From assembly GCA_031835245.2 (NCBI GenBank), contig JAVKOQ020000045.1:186001-250000 (forward strand): 64,000 nt of DNA. Direction: 5' to 3'. Made by a program: the position numbers and the translations under genes. Positions 40,933 to 52,004 of this stretch are shown piece after piece. Position 1 is the stretch's first letter. Each line of letters starts with the position of its first letter. The DNA is from Balamuthia mandrillaris (lineage: Eukaryota). Under the pieces are notes generated by a model that was given only the letters and a program-made list of their open reading frames with translations, was not told where the DNA came from and did not search any database.

Positions 40933-42005
40933 ATGCGGCTCCTCCGCACGTCCTTGCCCTGTTTGGTGGTGATGGGGGGCTTGCTTGCCTTCGTGGCTGC
41001 CACACAAGTGCAAGCCAAACCGTACGCCTCCCTTCCGGACCTTCCTTATGATTACAATGCGCTGGAGCCCTACATAGACGAGCAAACCATGCGGCTACAT
41101 CACGACAAACACCACGCTGCCTACACTGACAAGCTGAACCAAGCCATGTTCGAAGTGCGTGGCTTCAAGGAAGGCGATCGGGCAGCTTCCCTTGCGCCGG
41201 AAGACTTTTTGTTCGAGTTCTTTGCGCTGACGGAACCGTTCCCTGAACACCTGAAGGGCCTTATCCCGACCATTCGCAACAACCTTGGCGGCTACGTCAA
41301 CCACGCCATGTTTTGGAAGGTCATGGCACCCCCTCAACAAACGCCTTCAGACGTTGTAAAACGGAAAACTGGTACATACGCTTTTTTTTTTGTTACGAAA
41401 TGGTCTGGACAAGACTTTGCTAAACGCTCCCCTATCCGGACCAAGCAGACTTTGTGAACACACCCAAACCAGGACGCGTGAAGAAGGAGCTTCTTGGAAA
41501 ACACAACTGGGGCGAATTTGAAGCATTCTTGGAAGACTTTAGGAAGACTGCCCGGTCAGTCTTTGGGAGCGGTTGGGTGTGGCTGGTATGGGACCCATTG
41601 GAGAAGAAGAAGCCGCTGTGGCAGGAAGAGAGGTTGGAGCTGAAGCTGGTGACAACGGCCAACCAGGACAACCCCCTAATGCAGGGCTTGTATCCCATCT
41701 TGTGCATGGACTTGTGGGAGCATGCCTATTACCTTCGCTACAACAACAGAAGGGACGAGTGGATTGAAGCCTTTTTGCAGATTATCAACTGGGACCAAGT
41801 GGAGGCCAATCTTTCCGAAGCCCTGGAAATGTACCGTCGTCGTGCTCTCACTCTCTTGGCTCAAACTGAAGCGGCTACAAACGGTGATGGTGGGAGTAAC
41901 AGCAACATGTTTGAGAAAGAGCTGCAGAAGGGCTCCGTTAAAAAGAAGTCCATGGAAGAGATTAGAGAGGAGAGACGTAAAATGAGAACACATTCTGAGT
42001 TGTGA
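40933..42005 (+). CDS. SOD: Fe/Mn superoxide dismutase (Mn-type signature) with signal peptide and C-terminal HSEL; one intron
   Basis: LPDLPYDYNALEPYIDEQTMRLHHDKHHAAY; NNLGGYVNHAMFW; FGSGWVWL; TANQDNP; DLWEHAYY. Intron ~41372-41448. Confidence 0.93.
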
Positions 42006-42042
42006 ACACATTTTCGTGATATGTATGTTCTATTCCTTTTTG

Positions 42043-42156
<114 letters not shown>

Positions 42157-42325
42157 GGAACAAATAAAAACAATGTGGCGGGAAAAAAAAGGGTTCTTTT
42201 TCTCTCGTTTTGAGGGGAACGAAGAACAAATATAAAAAACACCAAAAAAAAAATATGGTAAAGTTGTGCAGGCTACCGTCAACAACCTTGTTGTTTGGCA
42301 AGCAAGGCCGCTGACGGGTTGGTTG

Positions 42326-43651
42326 CTACTTGGCAGAAAGAGCGGAGGAGGCAGCGCCACTCTTGAAGATGACCTCCTTGATGACGCCAACAGCGACGGT
42401 CTTCTTGAGGTCACGCACGGCAAAGCGGCCCAAGGGAGGAAAGTCGTGGAAAGCCTCCACGCACAAGGGCTTCTTGGGGATAAGCTTGACCAAGGCGGCA
42501 TCTCCGGTCTTGATGGAGGCGGGGTTCTCCTCCAGCACGGTTCCGCTGCGGCGGTCCAGCTTGGAGAGCAGCTGGTCGAACCTGCAGCTGACATGGCTGG
42601 TGTGACAGTCCACCACGGGGGAGTAGCCAGGCCTGATCTCATGGTCGATGACTACGACCTGGGCGATGAAAGCCTCGGCCTCCATGGGAGGGTGGTCCTT
42701 AGCGTCTCCGCAGATCATGCCCCTGTGCAGCTGCTTGACGGAGAGGCCCCTCACGTTGAACCCGACGTTCGTGCCAGGCTCAGCAAAAGGCAGGCGGGTG
42801 TGGTTGCTCTCCACGGTCTTGATCTCGGCACGGAGGTTGCCGGGAGCAAAGTGGCCCATGGTATTGGGCCTCAGCACGCCAGTCTCCACGCGACCCACGG
42901 GCACGGTGCCGATGCCGGACACCTTGTAAACGTCCTGCAGGGGCACACGGAGAGGCTTGTCAACAGGCCTCTTGGGGGGCTTCACAGCGTCAAAGGCCTG
43001 GATGAGGGTTGGGCCGTTGTACCAAGGCATGTGGCTGGTGGGCTCAGTCAGGTTGTAACCCTCCCAACCGGAGATGGGGACGAAGGGGATCCTCTCTGGG
43101 TTGTAGCCAATCCTCTTCAAGAAGTTGGAAACTTCCCTCTTGATCTCCAGATACCTTCCCTCGTCAAAGTTGACGGTGTCGTCGTCCATCTTGTTGATGG
43201 CCACGATCATCTGCTTCACGCCGAGGGTGAAGGAGAGCAAGGCATGCTCCCTGGTAGAGCCCTGCTTGTCGATGCCGCTCTCGAACTCTCCCCTCCTGGC
43301 AGAGATGACGAGCATGGCCACATCCGCCTGGCTGGTGCCGGTGATCATGTTCTTGATGAAGTCCTTGTGGCCAGGCGCATCGATGATGGTCACCTCATAC
43401 TTGGCGGTCTCGAACTTCCACTGGGAGATATCGATGGTGATGCCGCGATCCCTCTCCGCCTTGAGCTTATCCAGCACGTAAGCGAATTTGAAGGTGGACT
43501 TTCCACGGTCGTTGGCCTCCTTCTCGTACTTCTCCATCATCCTGGGGTCGATGCCTCCACACTTGAAGATCATATGGCCACAGGTGGTGCTCTTGCCAGC
43601 ATCCACATGGCCAATCACAACGATGTTAACGCGAGTCTTGTCTTTGCCCAT
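42326..43651 (-). CDS. EF1A: Elongation factor 1-alpha-like GTPase, intronless, divergent
   Basis: [52 protein letters not shown]. Uninterrupted 441-aa ORF. Confidence 0.95.
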   Translation of the reverse strand: MGKDKTRVNIVVIGHVDAGKSTTCGHMIFKCGGIDPRMMEKYEKEANDRGKSTFKFAYVLDKLKAERDRGITIDISQWKFETAKYEVTIIDAPGHKDFIKNMITGTSQADVAMLVISARRGEFESGIDKQGSTREHALLSFTLGVKQMIVAINKMDDDTVNFDEGRYLEIKREVSNFLKRIGYNPERIPFVPISGWEGYNLTEPTSHMPWYNGPTLIQAFDAVKPPKRPVDKPLRVPLQDVYKVSGIGTVPVGRVETGVLRPNTMGHFAPGNLRAEIKTVESNHTRLPFAEPGTNVGFNVRGLSVKQLHRGMICGDAKDHPPMEAEAFIAQVVVIDHEIRPGYSPVVDCHTSHVSCRFDQLLSKLDRRSGTVLEENPASIKTGDAALVKLIPKKPLCVEAFHDFPPLGRFAVRDLKKTVAVGVIKEVIFKSGAASSALSAK

Positions 43652-44133
43652 TGCTGTTCACTCAAAGTAAAGGAAAAAGAATGTATACAGGAAAGAAAAC
43701 AAAAGTTCCTCTAGAAGAAAAATGTGAGGATGTTGGAACAGTAAGTAGTTGTTACACCAACAGTAAGTCGTCAGTGGGCTATGCCAGTAAGAAGGTTTGT
43801 AAAGAAAGGTTTGAGTGTTTTGGTGAGTGGATGGACACTGTGACTTCAGCTGCCTTTTATTGTTGTCTTCCCGCAACTTCTTGCGGCCCTCTTTCCACGA
43901 TTGGCGTTCATACCCAATGCCGCGCCACACCATTGCTGGAAAAAAGAAGAAGTTTGCTGAATCTTTTTTGATGGGTCTTTGACTTTGGCGGATCATTTGT
44001 TCTTCATTACACTCCGTGACGTCCCGATGTTGTTTGCGAAGGTTACGCAACGCCCCTCGGGCAGTATTCTCTCTTTGAAAAAATTACCGCCCTGCAAGGC
44101 AGGAAAAGTGAGACGGTGGAGGAGTGAAGGAGG

Positions 44134-45415
44134 ATGGAGAAAACGACGACCACCAAAAGCCGGAGCTCCTCCCAAACCAAGGGCAATGAGGTAACGTACT
44201 CTTCTGTTGGAATGCTGACCCTAGGTTCTGCAATGGCCAGCCACTCACCACGACACACAAAAAGATAAAGGAAGGCTGGGTGGTCAAACAAGGACCTCCC
44301 CCGTGGAAGACGTGGAAAAAACGGTGGCTCGTGCTTACCAGCTACAATCTGACCTATTTCAAATTAAGGGTGCGCCTCCTCTCCTTGTGTTTGCACTGTG
44401 GCCTTTAGCATCCCCCTTGACAGACCTTTTTTCGCCTCATGCGGTCGCTCAGACTGACCAGGCAAGCATGAAAGGGCAAGTCCCGATAAGCTCCGTTACT
44501 CTGTGTGGGCCGGCCGACAAGACTACCAGAAAGTTCAGCTTCAAAGTAGATACGCCAGTACGCAGCTTTGTGTTCGCCGCACAATCTACTGAAGAAATGA
44601 AACTGTGGTTGGACGCCATAAACAACGTCTGCACCAGCTACAAGGTAACCCTGTCTTTTGCTTTTTGTCTTTCACTTTGGGGTTTCCTGTCTTAATACCA
44701 TGTGTGGTGGTGGTCACCATTCCCACCATTACGGTAGGCTACTGCTGGCATAACCACAACTACAACAACCAAAGCAACAACAACGAAGCGAACAGAGGCC
44801 TTCCGACGGCCTTCTGCTTCTGAACAAAAACTTACCTCTCAGCCAGGCTCTTCTCCGACGCGAGCAGGAGGAAGGATGGTTGAAACCTTATCCATACCGT
44901 CGCATTTGGAGAGCGCTACTGGCTCCTCGAAAGAACATCACCGCACGCAGAGCCGTTCCCCACGAGCCCACACCCCTCGCAACACATCAACCACCCGCAG
45001 TCCGCGCAACATATCTACTGGTCGCACTCCTCGCAGTGCGCGTGGCGCCAACAGCGCTTCTGCCAGCCAAGAGCTAGCTGCCTTTCGCGCTTCGGATGAA
45101 GGCAAAAAGGTACCGTCACCTTTTCATCTAATTCAAGGACTGTTTTCATAACGTTCCCTTTTTGCTTACATTGTGAACCATGTTTTGCAGTTGAGAGACA
45201 TATCATCAGGAGCTCTAAAGGCTGGCGGAGAGAAAGTGTTTAAGGAGATGGAATTAGAGCTGGCTGCTGTTCGCAAGAAGTACGACCAACGGAGGAAACA
45301 TATATTAGAGGAACTGGTCAAAAAAGAAATAGAGGCTGTGGTTAATAAGTATGAAGCTCAGCGCCAGCTCATCCTCGAGGAAATACGCAGACAAACAGAA
45401 TTGAGCCACACCTAA
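44134..45415 (+). CDS. PH-domain protein with C-terminal coiled-coil, multi-exon
   Basis: Spliced MEKTTTTKSRSSSQTKGNE|IKEGWVVKQGPPPWKTWKKRWLVLTSYNLTYFK..|..RSFVFAAQSTEEMKLWLDAI. Confidence 0.8.
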
Positions 45416-45816
45416 CCTAGCCTGCTGTTCTTCTCCTCTACACGTGCTCTCTCTCTCTCTCTCTCTCTTTGCTGGATGTAATAAGCCATCTTTCTCACAA
45501 GTATTACCTCGTTGTCTGTTGTAAATGCACGTTTGCTGCATCGGGTAGATGTAGTTGTGAGCGGTTTGTAATCATATCGTTTCTTCATGTTACATAAATA
45601 AATAAAACAAATAAAGAGGAACAGAAAAGAGAGCCTTCTTTTCATATCCAACACCTCCACTACCAGTACCTTTTCACACTCCGCGCGGGTGGGTGGGTGG
45701 GTCATCCAACAAAGTCTTACCTCCTTTTTTTTTGGGTGGAAGGGAGTAGATTGATGAAACAACACGTGAAGCCCTTTCGTTGTGTTGCAATCCAAAAATA
45801 CTTTGATGCTGGCGCT

Positions 45817-45971
45817 CTACGTTAGAACTAGTTCATGGCTCTGGAAGATGCCGGTCTGTCCTCCTGCGTATAGGACTACTTTTCCATCAAGGCCGCCTGA
45901 TGCTAGTTCGCTGAAAAGCAAAAACATGAAGTAGTTGTTCAGTAAGATAAGAAGTGTCACCATCGAGCGAG

Positions 45972-46011
<40 letters not shown>

Positions 46012-47311
46012 GTCGAAAAAGATAGGAGAGAAAACCAACGGTAAAAATGGGTGGTATCTACAAGTTAGCACCCTAGAGTAAAGAATAATATGTGAGCCGA
46101 ATCTTGTCATAAAACAGGGGAACAAAAGGCAAGAGAGAACACATACGGAGCGTCGTGAGTGTTAAGGCATGCCCGCCATTTTCGTGGCTGCATATGCTGC
46201 AGCATGGCGGAGGTAGACATGAGGCGCCGCCCACTGCGCGTGGTAGGAGAAAGGCCTCCTTTGGGTTCCGCGTGGCTGTCCTCTTTCGGTTCCTTCCTTT
46301 CCTTCAAACAAAACATGCGCAAGCTGATAAGAGAAATCCCTCATTAGTTGCAAGTCAAGAGTCTAGCAGGAAGCAAATGGACATGCTCACCCTTTGTAAT
46401 AAGGAGAACAAACGTAGTACGGCTCAGCTGAAGAGAAGCAAGGCTCTTTTATGAACCCAGAGCCAGAGCTTGAATCCTTTTTTTTTTTTTTTTTTTTTTT
46501 TGTCAGTTGGGACAACAAATGTTGCTGCTGCGGAGAAACCTACCGGGACATAAAAGAGTAAGCGGCTTGGAAAGAGAGGATAAGTTTGGGCGGATGGTGA
46601 GTCCACCTTTTCAACCGAGAGTTGATGGGAGGTCAGCGGGGTGGGTTGTTCGGGATCAGAGTGCGGAGCCTCCAAGTCAAATACACAGCATACTTCCTTT
46701 CCGTTGTGCATGTGCCGTCGGGCTAATAAATATCTGCCACATGCTGAAACCTGCAGCGAAGTCGCATAGCCGTTTCTGGAAGGCTGAGCAGGGGAGTGAG
46801 AGATAGTTTCAGAAAACAACAAGACCTGACAGAAGAGTTAAGCAACCTCATAAAGGACTTCCAAGCGATTGCGATGGCGCACAAACTCGCGTGGTAGCTC
46901 CGCCGCGTCAGTTATAGTAGAGAAGGGTTTCACCCTCTTTCCATCAGCAAGCCGACAGAGAGTTGGTACATCGATGTCGAGCAGTTTGTCAGGTCGAGTG
47001 AGATCCAGCTCATGAAAGACCAACAAATGGCCGCTTGTAAGTGATATGATCAGGCGAGAGGAGGCTGGTGAGAGTGCCATTCTAGCCACCCCCTCCCGCT
47101 TAAATAAAACTCCGTTGGTTTGCGCCAAGCTTTCTCCGATACCCATTGATGGCGACAGAGTGTGATGATGACGGTTATGATGGTCCCCCCGAGTACCGTT
47201 TAGAGGGGACTCGTTTGCTTCAAGATCCTGTCCATGAGGCAAGAGCAAGCCAAATGAATAAAATGAATGCCCCCACAAGGAAAGAAAGGAGCAGAGAGAA
47301 GCAATAGCAAC

Positions 47312-47347
<36 letters not shown>

Positions 47348-48157
47348 GAACCCAAATCCGAACAGTGCCATCGAATCCAGCAGAAAGAAAATAACGTGAG
47401 GAAAAAGGTTCCACGTTCTTGACCCATCCCTCGTGTCCCACAAAGCTGCGAACACAGTGAGCCAAGTTACGAATATCCCACAGACGCATGCTGTTGTCAT
47501 CGCTTGCTGTCACAAAATGGCGGTCCGACATGAATCTGGCGATGTTGATGTTGTCGTCGTGTGCATTGATGACTCTATGTTGAATGTTGGCGTTGTGAGC
47601 GTCGTAGAGACGAAGGTTGGTGTCTTCACCCACCACCACTAGCGTGTGCCTTCGTAGTTGTGGTAACACAAATAGATGAGATGAAATCATTTGCCATCAT
47701 CAGAAACTGACAAATTTTAAAAGCAAAAAAAGGGGGGGCAAGAGAGTAATCAACGAACCCGAGTGGATGCCACTCGATGTTAAAAACAGGCACTCCTGCG
47801 TTCCGTTTTGCTACCGGACCTAAACTTCGTAACATTTGCTGATGCAGCTGGAAAAGCCAGAGAGATCAACACCAACAACAAAAAAAAAGAAAGACGGTTA
47901 GTTATTTTTTTCTCTAGGAGCAAGCCACAAAGAGAGAGAGAGAGAGAGAGAGCCATTGCTACCAAGTGATTAATATTATTGCAGCCCAGTTGTCGGTGAA
48001 GCAGAGCGAGAGGTGTTGCCCGTTTTCGTTTTTTCTTGCCGCATGGGAGGAGCGGCTGCAGCCCATCGCCGTCAGGCGTTGCCTCTTGGGTCATGACGAG
48101 AGAGGTGGGGGTTCCATTCTGTGCTGGTGGATGAAGCGACAGCTGTGGGGGATTCAT
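45817..48157 (-). CDS. DCAF10: WD40 DDB1-CUL4-associated factor 10-like protein, multi-exon
   Basis: AHDDNINIARF..TASDDNSMRLWDIRNL..GHEGWVKNVE; RNRLE; RLLFY; GSGFIKEPCFS..SPYYKG; VLTCRYHP..LASGGLDGKVVLY. Order and motifs match DCAF10/WDR32 as I recall it. Confidence 0.8.
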
Positions 48158-48341
48158 ATATATATGTACACCACCAAACGTCCTTCCTTTCGTTGCCCTC
48201 TTCTTCCCTCTTCTTCTCTTCTTTTTATATTTTTTGGCCGTGACGTCATGGAAACCAAAAACTATTAATTATTATACTGCGATGAAAGGCAGTGCTTGCA
48301 TTCCTTACATTTTCGACCTTTCTTCTTCTTTCCGTGCCCAT

Positions 48342-48481
48342 CATTGCAGGCCAGCAGCCATCTTCAAGTCCTTCATTTTGAAGGCAGGAAGCTTGTAGCT
48401 TTCAGGGTCCGGTGGTGGTAGGAGCATTACAGGCCAGCAGCCATCTTCAAGTCCTTCATTTTGAAGGCAGGAAGCCTGTAG
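48342..48481 (-). repeat. 57-bp duplication of the last codons of the headpiece gene
   Basis: 48342-48398 and 48425-48481 differ at only 2 positions; 26-bp spacer. Confidence 0.9.
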
Positions 48482-51400
48482 AAATCCTCGCGCGACATTT
48501 GGAAGACAGAGGCAAAGTCCTCGTCAGACAAGTGCGCCTATTTATCGGTTTGGGGTCAGTATGCATAAATTTAAAATGAGAGAGAGAGAGAGAGAGAACC
48601 TCCAAGTAATCTAGGTCAACACCTGCAGGTATCTTTCTAGCTCGGAGGTCAGAAAGACTACAAACAGGTTGGGTGGGTCCAGAGGTGAGCTGAGTTTTTC
48701 TTTTATCTTCCTGGGCCTTCCTGAGACGCTCTTGCTTTTTCTCTTCGAGAGCAGCCTTTTTGGCCTCCAACAACTTCTTGTATTTCTCCAATTCGGCTCG
48801 TTCTTTGGATTCTTGAATCTCGACGGCTCTCTGTTGGGCCTTTTCCTTCTTTTGCTCTTCTTCAATTTTGAGTCGTTCCTGTTCTCGTTTGAACTGTTCT
48901 TCACGTTCTCGTTCGTCTCTGGCTCGCTTTTCTTCCAGCTCTATTCTTCTGCGCTCTTTGCGAGCTTGTCTTTCTTCTTCCAACCTCCGTTTTTCTTCCA
49001 TCTCCTGCCTGAACTTTTCTTCTTTCTGTCGTAGTTGTTCCTCTTTGAGACGTGCGATTTCTTCTCTCCGCCTTCTTGTTCGCTCTGCCTCTTCCTCTTC
49101 GCGCATCCTCTTTTCCTCCATTTCTTGTCTGAATCTTTCTTCCTTTTCCTTCTCTTGTCTTTCTCTCAAATCCTTGATGTCTTCCAGTCGTTTCTTCTGT
49201 CGCTCTCGTCTCTCTTCTTCCTGTCTCCTTTGTTCCTCCATCTTCTGGCGGAACTCCTCGTCTTTCTTTTGCTCTTCCGCTAGTCTCAGAGCAGCCAACT
49301 CCGTTCGTCGCTTCTTTTGCTGCTCCTTTTTCTCGAGCTCTAACTGCTTCTGCCTCTCCTGCTCTTCGCGGAACTGCTCCTCTTTCTCTCTTTCTTTTTC
49401 TTCTCTGAGCTGTTCCAAATAGAGTTGTCTTCTCCTCTTTCTTTCTGCCTCCTCCGCCTCCCACATTCTCTTTTCTTCCATTTGCTGTCTGAACTTTTCT
49501 TCTCGCTCCTTTTCCTGTCTTTCCTTGATATCTTGGAGTTGTTCCAGAGTGTGTTGGGTGGCTCGCCTCCTTTCGGCTTCAGCTCTTCTTTCTTGTTCCA
49601 TCCTCCTTCTGAACTCTTCTTCCTTTTCTTCTTCCTCGCGCTGTCGTTTAGCTTGCAGCTCTTCTAGCCTTCTCCTTTGTTTTTCTTTCTTCTCCTCTTC
49701 ACGGCGTCTGAGCTCCTCCATTTCTCTTTGGAAAAGTTCCTCCTTATCCTTTTCTTTCAGTTCACGAATACGTTCGAGCTCCAGCTGCCTACGACGCTTC
49801 TTTTCTGCCTCCTCTTCTTCCCTTAGCCTCTTTTCTTCCATCTCTTGCCTAAACTTTTCCTCTTTTTCTTGCTGCTGCCTTTCGCGCAAGTCCTGAATTT
49901 CAGCCAAGCGTTTTTGTTGGCGTTCACGGCGTTCCTCTTCTAGTCTTCTTTGTTCTTCCATTCTTCTCTGGAATTCTTCTTCCTGTTCTTGCTCTTCTTT
50001 GGCACGAAGTTGCTCCAAGTATTCCATCCTTCTGCGCTGTCGCTCCTTCTTTTGCTCTTCGAGGAGCTGCTTTTCTACCAACTCCTTGCGGAACCTCTCC
50101 TCCTTTTCTTTCTCTTTTTGCTCCTTGATGCTTTCTATTTCTTCTCTCCTTCTTCTGCGCTTCTCCGCTTCCTCAGCTTCCGTTTGCGCCCTCTCTTCCA
50201 TTTCACGTCGGAATTGTTCTTCCTTTTCTTGCTGTTCTTTCTCTCGGGCATCTTTGATCTCTTCGATCCTCTTTCTAAACCTTTCCCTTCTCTCTTCTTC
50301 AGCGTTACGGCGGGATTCGAGTTCCTGCATGAACTTAAGTTGTTTCTCTTCTTCTTGTTTGGCTCGCAACTCTTTCAGTTCCTCGAGTCTCTTCTTTGCC
50401 CGTGCGCGCTCTTCTTTCTCTCTTTGCTTCTTTTCTTCCATTTCTCTCCTGAACTGCTCTTCCTTCTCTCTTTCTTTCTCTTCACGAATGCGTTCCAACT
50501 CCAGTTGTCTCTTTCTTCTCTTCTCGGCTTCTTCCAACTCACGAAGCCTCTTTTCTTCCATTTCTCTTCTGAACTTTTCTTCCTTTTCTCGTTCTTGCCG
50601 TTCCCTTAAGTCCTTGATCTCCTCCATTCGGCGGTGATGGCGCTCACGCCTTTCTTCCTCTGCTTGTCTCAATTGTTCTTGTTGTTCCAAGAACTGTCTT
50701 TCTTTTTCTTTTTCTTCCTCTTCTCGGAGGGCAGCCAAGTATTCCTGGCGCCGTCTCTGTCTTTCGTTTTTTTCTTCCTCCAACAACTGTCGCATCTTCA
50801 TGTCGGCTCTGAACTGCTCCTCCTTTTCTCGTTCCTTTTTCTCTCTCAGTCGCTCCAGTTCCATGCGCCTTAGCCTTGCTTTCTCTTCTTCCTCCTCTTC
50901 CAGCCTTCTTGCCTCCTCCCTTTCTTGTCTGAACTGCTCCTCTTTCTCCCTTTCCAACTTTTCCTTGGCGTCTTTGGCTTCCGCGATCCAACGTTGCATC
51001 TTTTCTCTTCTTTCTTCTTCCGCCTTTCTCTTGGCCTGTTGTTCTACGAACCACTTTTGCTGCTTCTCTGCCTCTTGTTGCTCCCGCAGCCTATCCAGTT
51101 CTTCCTGTCTCTTTCTTCTTCGCTCCCGCTTCTCCTCTTCTTGTTTTTTCAGAGCTTCTTGTTGGAGTCGGAACTTTTCCTCCATTTCATGCTCTCGCTG
51201 TTCGCGCAGTCTCTCGAGTTCTTCTCGCCTCTTCTCGCGACGAAGCGCTTCCTCCTGTTCTCTTTGCTTTCTTTCCTCCATCTGCTTCCTGAACTTTTCT
51301 TCCTCTTCTTGTCTTTTCTTTTCTTTGATGGCTTCCAGTTCTTCTCTTCTTTGTTCCGCTCTTTCTTGCTTTTCCAGTTCTTCGAGCTCCTGAACTTCCT

Positions 51401-51548
51401 CCTCCATGCGCCTCATCTCTTCCAGCATCCTCTCTTTTTCCAAACGGAGCGCTTCCAAGTCCTCCTCTTTCTGGGGCTCCCATTCTTTGCGGCGCTGTTC
51501 GCGCTCAGCTTTGAGCTTCTCCACTTCTTCGCTTTCCAAAGTAGACAT
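48427..51548 (-). CDS. Long E/R/K-rich alpha-helical repeat protein with C-terminal villin headpiece domain
   Basis: Headpiece PAGVDLDYLE|AHLSDEDFASVFQMSREDFYRLPAFKMKDLKMAAGL* (intron ~48538-48600), preceded by 21 tandem 40-aa charged repeats. Confidence 0.88.
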
Positions 51549-51750
51549 GGCGGTGGCGCAGTACGAGCACTGTCTCTGTCGTTCTTCAAAACCAAAGAAT
51601 TACACACACAGGGTTACTGCGGCGGCAGCAAACCTCCTGTGAAATTAAGGACTAGATGACGTAATACAGGTGGAGACGATTGGTCCGCCCGAAATGAATA
51701 TTATTCGTGTCGACATGATACCCGATAGGTGACTGAGGGGTATTGAATGG

Positions 51751-51764
51751 TTTTCCCGCCAAAA
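51751..51764. promoter_or_regulatory. Candidate E2F-binding element TTTTCCCGCCAAAA upstream of Mps1
   Basis: Matches the TTTSSCGC consensus; ~240 bp upstream of the Mps1 ATG in a divergent promoter. Confidence 0.45.
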
Positions 51765-52004
51765 CTTTTTGGCAAACACCCACAAAAAAAAATTAACGGG
51801 CGGCTTGGTACTATTCGAGCTAAAACACCTCAAAGCCGGGGGACACGGAAAAAACCTGCCAGCAGCGGACGGCCAACCGAACTCGCACCAGCAAGCGTGT
51901 AGTGGAATACAGAGACGGACAGACAGACCTCTTTTTTTTTTCCGCTTTCTTTATTTTTCCTCTCTTTTGAACTGGCGTGTTAGATGTGGTGAAGGAAAAG
52001 ACAA

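Noticed and set aside
42266..43714. 482-aa plus-strand ORF antisense to EF1A
   Set aside because: Expected shadow of strong GC3 codon bias in the sense gene; no recognisable motifs.
44281..44320. Apparent frameshift in the PH-domain exon
   Set aside because: Recounting gives CCT CCC CCG TGG, in frame (KQGPPPWKTW).
48868..51659. Long plus-strand Ser/Phe/Leu-rich ORFs
   Set aside because: Antisense shadows of the E/R/K repeat gene.
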